Part shown: in pieces, positions 8,479-15,841 of the stretch
Layout: every line of letters begins with the position of its first letter
Position numbering within the stretch: the stretch's first letter is position 1
Source of the DNA: an archaeon
GTDB taxonomy: Archaea; Iainarchaeota; Iainarchaeia; Iainarchaeales; JAAZKV01
Direction of reading: 5' to 3'
Length of the DNA: 17,140 nt
Assembly (NCBI GenBank): GCA_036170245.1
Contig: JAVHOV010000026.1
Coordinates: 16,377-33,516, forward strand
Notes under the pieces: model-generated
Told to the model about the DNA's origin: nothing
The model's database searches: none
Seen by the model: the letters and a program-made list of their open reading frames with translations, nothing else
Position numbers and translations under genes: made by a program

Positions 8479-9492
8479 ATGCAAAAAGCAAAAAGCGAAA
8501 GAACTACAAAAGCTAAATCAAAATCAATTGTAGCAAAAAAAGAAGTTGCATTAAAATCAAAGAATTACTCTTTAATTGATAAATTGTTAGGGTTTGCTGA
8601 ACTAGGAAGACCAATTGAGTGGAGCAAGTCACTATTAAACATGGGCCTTGGGGCATTAATGGCATTTTACATTTATGGGGCAGGAGTAAATTTATTCACT
8701 TTTGTAGAAGGATTCTTTTCAGTTGCATTCCTTTGGTCAGGGCTTTACGCACTAAACGATTGGACTGACTGGAAAATTGATGCAATTCATGATGTAAAAA
8801 AATTTAGACCAATTCCAAGCGGCAAAATAACTCCAAGCCAAGGATTGAATTTCTCACTTTTGTTAATTTTAGCTTCCTATTTGATTGCATTTTCTTTAAA
8901 CAACACTCTATTAGTCGGCTGCTTGACAATAATGGTAATTAATCAATTTCTTTACACAATGAAGCCATTTAGGTTCAAATCAAGAAAAGTTCTTGATGTA
9001 ATCAGCGGTTCAATGGTTAACCCCATATTTAGATTCACTTCAGGATTAGTTTTGTTTATTGGGGCAAATCAATTATTTGGCAGTTTACTTCCAATTTTAC
9101 CCTATATTTTTGTAGTGGGAGTTCAGTTTGGAGGATATTCTCTATACCGATTGTTCTCAAAGAAACATGATACAAAACTCAATATGAAAAGCAGTGTTGC
9201 TTTGATTTCTGAAGAGCGAATAAAAAGAGCTTCATATATATCACTTGGAGCAGCAGTTTTGGCTTACATTGGGCTATTGATTAATGGATTATTTTTCAGA
9301 ATTGAGTGGCTTGGATTTTTGCCTCCGCAGTACATTTGGCCAGCTGTTTTGACAGCTTTATTTACTCCAATGCTAAAAGGTGCAATACTTGACCCAATGC
9401 ATGCAGATATGTCAAAATATTACCGAAGAGCATACATTTTTGCAATAGTATTTATTGCTGCAAATTTAGTAGTAATCACAGTCTTTCCTTAA
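8479..9492 (+). CDS. UbiA-superfamily membrane prenyltransferase (337 aa from ATG 8479)
   Basis: N-terminal 'RP..W', Asp-rich motif 'YALNDWTDWKIDAIHDVKKFRPIPSG', and multiple hydrophobic helices. ATG 8479 is preferred over TTG 8464 because of TATA spacing. Confidence 0.88.
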   Translation: MQKAKSERTTKAKSKSIVAKKEVALKSKNYSLIDKLLGFAELGRPIEWSKSLLNMGLGALMAFYIYGAGVNLFTFVEGFFSVAFLWSGLYALNDWTDWKIDAIHDVKKFRPIPSGKITPSQGLNFSLLLILASYLIAFSLNNTLLVGCLTIMVINQFLYTMKPFRFKSRKVLDVISGSMVNPIFRFTSGLVLFIGANQLFGSLLPILPYIFVVGVQFGGYSLYRLFSKKHDTKLNMKSSVALISEERIKRASYISLGAAVLAYIGLLINGLFFRIEWLGFLPPQYIWPAVLTALFTPMLKGAILDPMHADMSKYYRRAYIFAIVFIAANLVVITVFP

Positions 9493-9654
9493 ATAAAAGA
9501 ATTAATTATAATTCAGATTCTAATTTAATATAAAAAAAGCCTTTTTGATTGCCCTAATTTTATCTACTCTATTATCAAGCCAATTTTTTAATAATTTCAA
9601 AAAAAGATTTAATGTTTTTAAAAAAACTTTTATTTTTGAAAAAAAGATTTTGTA

Positions 9655-9674
9655 CTGCCCAAAAAATAGGGCAG
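9655..9674. terminator. GC hairpin CTGCCC-N8-GGGCAG among oligo-A/T tracts, between the convergent UbiA gene and rpl41e
   Basis: Perfect 6-bp inverted repeat 22 nt past the rpl41e stop, flanked by T7 runs on the minus strand. Confidence 0.45.
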
Positions 9675-9696
9675 CCAAAAAAATGAATAAAGAACT

Positions 9697-9828
9697 TTAT
9701 GATCTAGCTCTTTGTCTCAAATATCTCTTTTTTCTTTTCATTCTTTTAGTTTTTTTCTTACACCATTTCCATCTTTGTCTAGCATGAGTTTTTTTGAATC
9801 TGCTAGAATCCTTTGTTCTTGTAGCCAT
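9697..9828 (-). CDS. rpl41e: Ribosomal protein eL41 (L41e, also called eS32), N-terminally extended, 43 aa; absent from the ORF track
   Basis: Translates to MATRTKDSSRFKKTHARQRWKWCKKKTKRMKRKKRYLRQRARS. Matches the eL41 pattern 'MR[AW]KW.KKR.RRLKRKRR.MRQRS'. GGTGA RBS and its own TATA box. Confidence 0.88.
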   Translation of the reverse strand: MATRTKDSSRFKKTHARQRWKWCKKKTKRMKRKKRYLRQRARS

Positions 9829-9878
9829 TCATTTTCACCATTTTGAAAAACTTATTATATAAAATGAAAGAAATAAGC

Positions 9879-9888
9879 TTTATAAACC
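9879..9888 (-). promoter_or_regulatory. TATA box (GGTTTATAAA) of rpl41e
   Basis: Identical to the 10-mer at the putative rRNA promoter, about 50 nt upstream of the ATG. Confidence 0.6.
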
Positions 9889-9943
9889 AACGCACGAGAT
9901 TGATTTTTTGATTCAAACCAATTAAAGTACACTAAATTTGCAC

Positions 9944-10087
9944 TTATTTTTTCAAAATTATTTTTGCAAGCTCTACTTTTTCCCCATCTGTTAAAGAAGC
10001 AACTAATTTCTTCATCAATTTCTTTTTTGGGCCATCAGAGAGGCTATGGAAGTAATCCAAAGCCATTTCTTCTATCTCATTATTCAT
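9944..10087 (-). CDS. Small hypothetical helical protein, 47 aa; absent from the ORF track
   Basis: ATG...TAA ORF MNNEIEEMALDYFHSLSDGPKKKLMKKLVASLTDGEKVELAKIILKK with AGGGA upstream. Fills the pyrG to rpl41e gap on the same strand and has an internal 16-aa repeat. Confidence 0.68.
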   Translation of the reverse strand: MNNEIEEMALDYFHSLSDGPKKKLMKKLVASLTDGEKVELAKIILKK

Positions 10088-10116
10088 ACAAATCCCTGAT
10101 CTTAAACTATAATTTA

Positions 10117-11748
10117 TTATTTTTGTTCCTTTAATGCTTTTGCTTCCTTAACTAAACCAAAAAACAAGGGCGAAGGATGCTCAAGTTTTGATTTCAATTC
10201 AGGATGTGATTGAGTTGCAGTAAAGTAAGGGTGAACACTTTTTGGCAGTTCAATATACTCCACAAGCAAACCATTTGGAGATAATCCACTTAAAACTAAT
10301 CCATTCTTTTTTAGAATCTCATGCATTGCGGGATTGACTTCATATCTGTGTCTGTGTCTTTCAGATGACTTAAGTGTCCCATAAAGTTCACTAACAATGC
10401 TTCCTTTCATTAAATTGGCTTCATAAGCACCAAGCCTCATTGTTCCCCCTTTACTAGTTACTTTCTTTTGCTCATCCATTAAAGTAATTATATTGTTTAC
10501 AATATTTGGATTCATTTCAGTTGAATTAGCATCAATTAAATTACATTTATTTCTTGCAAATTCCACTACTGCTGCCTGAAGGCCAAGGCAAATTCCAAGG
10601 AAAGGAATTTTATTTTCTCTAGCATATTTTATTACTTCAATTTTTCCTTCCCAACCCCTGTTTCCAAATCCACCAGGAACAATTATTCCATTCAAATCCT
10701 TCATTGCATCAGAGATACTTTGCTTTTTAGTTTCAATACTTTCAGTATCAATCATTTTAATGCAAACTTCAACATCCAAATTGGCTGAACAATGATGAAG
10801 TGCTTCAACTACACTAGCATAAGAGTCTCCTAAAGCAGTATATTTTCCACAAATCCCAATATTTAGTTTATTTGGAACTGCGCATGATTTAATATCAACC
10901 ATTTTCTTTGCAAGTTTATCCCAATTAGGAATTCCATCTTCAGGAATGTCTAAATGCAATTTATTAGAAATTATTTTTCTTACTCCTTGCTCATCAAGTT
11001 CTCCAGGAATTAAATAAACACTAGGCACATCAATTGCAGTTATTACTGAATCTTCATGCACATTACAAAATAAAGCAATTTTTTTCTTCATTTTTTCTGA
11101 TAAATATTCAGAGCATCGGCAAGCAATTATATCAGGCCAAATACCAATTTCATTTAATGCTTTAACACTCAATTGAGTTGGCTTTGATTTTTGTTCATTT
11201 ACCCCTGTAGGAATTGGAACATATGAAAGGTGTGCAAACATTACATTCTCCCTTCCCTTCTCCCAAGCTAATTGTCTTACTGCTTCAAGATAAAGAGAGT
11301 TTTCCATATCCCCAACAGTTCCTCCTATTTCAATCAATAAAACATCACAGTTCTCTTCCTTTGCAACATTGTAAAATCTATTTTTTATTTCATCAGTAAC
11401 ATGAGGAACTAACTGAACAGTTTTTCCCAAATACTCTCCTTGTCTTTCTTTATCAAGAATTGATTTGTATATTTTTCCCATTGTTAAGTTCCATGTACCT
11501 TTTGCAGTAACATTCATGAATCTTTCATAATGTCCAAAATCCATATCACATTCAGTTCCATCGTCAAGAACAAAAACTTCACCGTGTTCAACAGGATTCA
11601 TTGTACCTGGATCCACATTAAGATAACCATCGCACTTTACTGCAGCGCACTTATATTTTGAGGATAAAAGTTTTCCTATAGAAGCTGTTAAAATTCCTTT
11701 TCCAAGTCCAGAAATTACTCCCCCAGTGACTACAATAAATTTAACCAT
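10117..11748 (-). CDS. pyrG: CTP synthase (543 aa from ATG 11748)
   Basis: 'KFIVVTGGVISGLGKG', 'YLNVDPGTMNP.EHGEVFV', 'KSKPTQ', glutaminase 'GICLG', 'ERHRHRYEVN', 'QSHPE'. G-rich RBS (GGGGTGGGG) before ATG 11748. Confidence 0.98.
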   Translation of the reverse strand: MVKFIVVTGGVISGLGKGILTASIGKLLSSKYKCAAVKCDGYLNVDPGTMNPVEHGEVFVLDDGTECDMDFGHYERFMNVTAKGTWNLTMGKIYKSILDKERQGEYLGKTVQLVPHVTDEIKNRFYNVAKEENCDVLLIEIGGTVGDMENSLYLEAVRQLAWEKGRENVMFAHLSYVPIPTGVNEQKSKPTQLSVKALNEIGIWPDIIACRCSEYLSEKMKKKIALFCNVHEDSVITAIDVPSVYLIPGELDEQGVRKIISNKLHLDIPEDGIPNWDKLAKKMVDIKSCAVPNKLNIGICGKYTALGDSYASVVEALHHCSANLDVEVCIKMIDTESIETKKQSISDAMKDLNGIIVPGGFGNRGWEGKIEVIKYARENKIPFLGICLGLQAAVVEFARNKCNLIDANSTEMNPNIVNNIITLMDEQKKVTSKGGTMRLGAYEANLMKGSIVSELYGTLKSSERHRHRYEVNPAMHEILKKNGLVLSGLSPNGLLVEYIELPKSVHPYFTATQSHPELKSKLEHPSPLFFGLVKEAKALKEQK

Positions 11749-11968
11749 TCTTCCCCACCCCAAAAACAAACAAATTTTTCAAAAACCAAACCTAATTCTA
11801 CTACAATCAATTATTTGAACTAAATTTTGGTCCACCAATTAGTAATAGTAAAACTCCCACCTTCTTTAAAAAAGTGCTGTCCTAATTAATGAGAGTTTGT
11901 CTTTTCTAAAGATTAAAATACTAGATACAATGTATATTTCATTGAGCCCTTTACTATTTAATTTTTTA

Positions 11969-13752
11969 TTATTTCTTTATTATCCCAGTTTTCTGCAATT
12001 TCCATAGTGAGGCATATATTCCTTTCTTCTTTGAGAGCTCCCTGTGGGTTCCTATTTGTTCCACAGTTCCTTTTTTCATTACAATTATCTTATCAGCATT
12101 CATTATAGTACTCAATCTATGTGCAATAATTATAGTTGTTCTACCCTTCATTAATTTTTCAAGCGAAAGCCTGATTTCATATTCAGTTTTTGAATCAAGA
12201 GAACTAGTTGCCTCATCAAGAATGAGTATTTTTTTGTCAGCTAAAACTGCACGAGCAATACTCAATCTTTGTTTTTCTCCGCCAGAAAGCTTTATCCCCC
12301 TCTCTCCAACAACAGTATTTTCTTTTAAGGGCAAACTATTTACAAACTCAAACAATTGAGCCACTTTTAGAGCGTTAAATACTTCCTCTCGCGTAGCACT
12401 CGGATTTGAAAATAAAACATTGTTGTAAATAGTGTCATTGAACAAAACACACTCTTGGGGAACAATACTCAATTCATTTCGCAAAGATTCCTGAGTAACT
12501 GTATTAATATTTTTTCCATCAATTAAAATTTCTCCTTCTTGAGGTTCATATAACCGGTAAAGCAATTTTACAATAGTTGTTTTTCCGCCCCTGAATGACC
12601 TACAAAAGCAACTTTTTCATAAGGTAAAACAGTCAAATTTAAATTTTGAATTATTTTTTTCTTATTAGTATATCCAAAATTTACTCCTCTAAATTCTATT
12701 TTACCTTCTTTAACACTCAACTTTTTAGCATCAATTTTATCTTTAATTTCAGACTCAGTTTTCTTGTATTTCACTACAGCATCAAGGTCAGCTAATCCTT
12801 CATATAATCTCCTTACCCCCCAAAAGAATTCATATAATGGAAGAGTCAGACCAATGTAACTGGTATAAATAAAAACAACTGAACCCATTGTCAAGTCACT
12901 CGCCAAAAACCGAATAATTGTAAAATACATTATAGCAATTGTCCCAAATCCAATTATCATAACGTGCCCTGCTTCAGTAGTATTATAATAATTCCAAAAC
13001 TTCAACCACTTTTGGGAAGTCACAACAGATATTTTATCAAACAGCTCTTTCATTCTATTTTCTTTTCCAAAGTTTTTTACAGTTTCAATATTTGTAAAAG
13101 TATCGCTAATAAATGCTTTTTCATAATCTTCCTGTTCATTCTTTTTTACATTTGCTTCCTGCTGTTTCTTTAGTAGAATTACACTATATATCATGAAAAT
13201 TAAAGCCATTCCTACAACAACAATCGCAGAACTAATATCAAAAAAAGCAATTACAATAAAACCAATTACAAGTTTTATAATCAAGGGCCCGCCGTGAAAA
13301 GTAAAAAAATCAGTTAAACTTTCAACACTCTTCCCACTTCTAATTAACCTTGAAATCAAACTTCCTGTTCTATTTGAAGCATGAAATCTGTGAGAGAGTT
13401 CAATTAAATGATCAAAAATATCTTTTTTGATATCCTTCATCATATCTACTTCAAGCTTGTTTAGAAACAATAATCTTAGGTAACGTAAAATTCCAGCAAC
13501 TAAAACAGTAAGGAAAAATACAATTCCTAAATTGATTGCAATTTGTACAAAAGCATCTTTTGTAATTTTTAGAGCAGCAAAATCAGTTCCTGAATCAATT
13601 ATAAGTTTGTAAATATAATTTTGGCCGAATTCAATTAAGTAACCAAAAGTGATTAAACTCATTACAAAAATGAACATTACCCAATAAGGTTTAGCAATTT
13701 TGAAGTAATACTTCAAATCATCCATTATGTTATTTTCTACTACTTTAGCCAT
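11969..13752 (-). pseudogene. ABC exporter half-transporter (TMD plus NBD; MsbA/Atm1-like) split by a 1-nt deletion in Walker A; real lesion or sequencing error
   Basis: ORF 12568-13752 (TMD) ends 'GHSGAEKQLL*'. The -1 frame continues 'GKTTIVKLLYRLY...VPQE...LSGGEKQR...ILDEATSSLD...IAHRLST'. One added base restores a 594-aa protein. Confidence 0.88.
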
Positions 13753-13811
13753 ATTAATTCATTGAATAATTAGAAATAAGAATAGAATTGATGAATAAAA
13801 TTAGTTGAAAT

Positions 13812-15326
13812 TTACTTTTCAATAATACTTTCGCCAGTCATTTCTTTTGGCTTTGCAATACCTAAAATATCAAGTACAGTAGGAGCAATATCTTCTAACC
13901 CCTTACCTTTCTTTAGCTTTGCTTTCTTGTATTTCTCTTCAGGCGAAACTACAATTAACGGAACTGGATTTAAAGTGTGACTTGTCCTCCACTCAATTGT
14001 CTGATCCTCTGCATTTCCATGATCAGCAAAAACAAGTGAAGTATATCCATTTGGAAGGGCTGCATCAATTATTTTCCCAGTGCATTCATCAACTGCTTCA
14101 ATTGCTTTATGAATTGCACTTGTAATCCCAGTATGACCCACCATATCACCGTTAACTAAATTTATTACAATAAATTTGTACTTATTCTTTTTAATCTCTT
14201 CAACTAATTTCGCAGTTATTTCGTAAACACTCATTTCTGGCTTCAAATCATAAGTTGCGACCTTGGGAGAAGGAACCATTATTCGGTCTTCATTTTTATT
14301 AGGGATTTCAACTTGTCCATTAAAGAAAAAAGTAACATGAGCATATTTTTCAGTTTCACTAATTCTCAATTGACTTAATCCTGCATCAGCTATTACTTTG
14401 CCAAGTAAATTATCAAGTGAAACATCCTTGAATGCAACGTGAGCATTCATTGGGGTATAAAACTGAGTCATTGCAGTGTAATAAACTTTTAGAGGTTTTC
14501 TCTCCCACCCTTCAAACTTTTCTTCAACAATACTTTTAGTTAATTGTCTAGTTCTGTCAGTTCTAAAATTAAAGAAAATAACTGAATCATTTTCTTTTAT
14601 TCCATTGTAATCTGTCTTTTGCATTGGAACAATAAATTCATCAGTAATATTTTTTGCATGACTTTCTTTAATTGCAGTAATTGAATCACTAAATTCAGTT
14701 TTTGCTTCTCCAAGAACTAAACAGTTGTACGCTTCATGAGTTCTTTCCCAGCGATTATCCCTATCCATTGCATAAAATCTTCCACTAATTGTTGCTATTT
14801 CCCCAAAACCTAGTTGCTTTAATTTATCTTCAACAATTTTTACATTCTTCAAAGAATCCGTTACAGGAGCATCTCTCCCATCAGTAATTGCATGAATTTT
14901 TACATTTTTTAATCCCTGTTTTTTACATAAATCCAATATGGCAAGCAAGTGATTCAAGTGAGCATGAACTCCTTCAACTTGAAATAATCCAATTAAATGC
15001 AGAGTCGAATTATGATTTTTAGCATTATTAATTGCACCTAAAAAAGCTTTATTAGCAAAAAAAGTTTTGTCCTCAATACTTGCATCTATTTTTGCTAAAG
15101 ACTGAAAAATTATTCTACCTGACCCAATAGTCATATGTCCTACTTCAGAATTTCCTTGATATCCTTTTGGAAGTCCAACAGCTAAGCCACTTGCATCAAG
15201 TAAAGTATTAGGATATTCTTTCATGAGTTTATTTGTGACAGGAGTTTTTGATTCTAAAATAGAATTTTCTTTAGGATCTTTTCGATAACCCCACCCATCT
15301 CTAATAATTAGAATTACTTTATTCAT
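13812..15326 (-). CDS. gpmI: 2,3-bisphosphoglycerate-independent phosphoglycerate mutase, bacterial GpmI type
   Basis: 'DGWG', 'VGLPKGYQGNSEVGH' (catalytic Ser), 'TDGRD', 'GRFYAMDRDNRWER', 'ETEKYAHVTFFFNG', 'DMVGHTG', 'ADHGNAE'. Confidence 0.97.
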   Translation of the reverse strand: MNKVILIIRDGWGYRKDPKENSILESKTPVTNKLMKEYPNTLLDASGLAVGLPKGYQGNSEVGHMTIGSGRIIFQSLAKIDASIEDKTFFANKAFLGAINNAKNHNSTLHLIGLFQVEGVHAHLNHLLAILDLCKKQGLKNVKIHAITDGRDAPVTDSLKNVKIVEDKLKQLGFGEIATISGRFYAMDRDNRWERTHEAYNCLVLGEAKTEFSDSITAIKESHAKNITDEFIVPMQKTDYNGIKENDSVIFFNFRTDRTRQLTKSIVEEKFEGWERKPLKVYYTAMTQFYTPMNAHVAFKDVSLDNLLGKVIADAGLSQLRISETEKYAHVTFFFNGQVEIPNKNEDRIMVPSPKVATYDLKPEMSVYEITAKLVEEIKKNKYKFIVINLVNGDMVGHTGITSAIHKAIEAVDECTGKIIDAALPNGYTSLVFADHGNAEDQTIEWRTSHTLNPVPLIVVSPEEKYKKAKLKKGKGLEDIAPTVLDILGIAKPKEMTGESIIEK

Positions 15327-15381
15327 CTCAAATCAACTGCCAACCAGTCTATACAAACATCATTAGGTTTAAATTTCTATT

Positions 15382-15801
15382 TTAAACAATTTTTCTAAAC
15401 TTGAAAGTTTCTGATAACTGTCTTGCTCTTAGAGGATTTGATTTTTTTAACATTTTAAATAAAATAACTACATCTGCTTTAGTAGGAACAAGTTTTGATG
15501 CTTTTGCTTGCTTTAGATCCATATGCATCAGTTCATCAAAGTGTCTAATGATTTCAACTTCTCTTTTTGTAAGCTTGGAAGCAGAAACATCCAAAAGAGC
15601 ATTTGTAAGAGTTTTAGTTAAATTATAATTTATTTTTTCTGACTTAAACTTTGTAGTAAATGCAGCCTTTTTAGCCCGAGTTAATGCATGCCTAACCCTG
15701 ACCCCATAAACTTCATTTAATTCACTTTCATTTGCAAGTGAAGAGGCAGTGCGCAAATTGCGAACAAACCTAAGATTCTGCTTATCCACAATTTGACCCA
15801 T
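15382..15801 (-). CDS. Hypothetical Lys/Arg-rich protein (139 aa from ATG 15801)
   Basis: ORF fills the eno to gpmI gap on the same strand. GGTGG RBS precedes ATG 15801. No recognisable motif. Confidence 0.7.
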   Translation of the reverse strand: MGQIVDKQNLRFVRNLRTASSLANESELNEVYGVRVRHALTRAKKAAFTTKFKSEKINYNLTKTLTNALLDVSASKLTKREVEIIRHFDELMHMDLKQAKASKLVPTKADVVILFKMLKKSNPLRARQLSETFKFRKIV

Positions 15802-15841
15802 TTTTACTACCACCAAATATTTTCACATTTTTTTAAATATT

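Noticed and set aside
9530..9690. A/T-tract region with repeated AAAAAAGATTT as a repeat element or replication origin
   Set aside because: Low-complexity sequence between convergent genes, best explained as oligo-U terminators. No ORB-like boxes or cdc6 gene nearby.
12575..12595. Programmed -1 ribosomal frameshift in the ABC gene
   Set aside because: There is no proper X XXY YYZ heptamer in frame. Slippage on the A-run would give GAEKT and destroy the P-loop Gly, and no clear stimulatory structure was seen.
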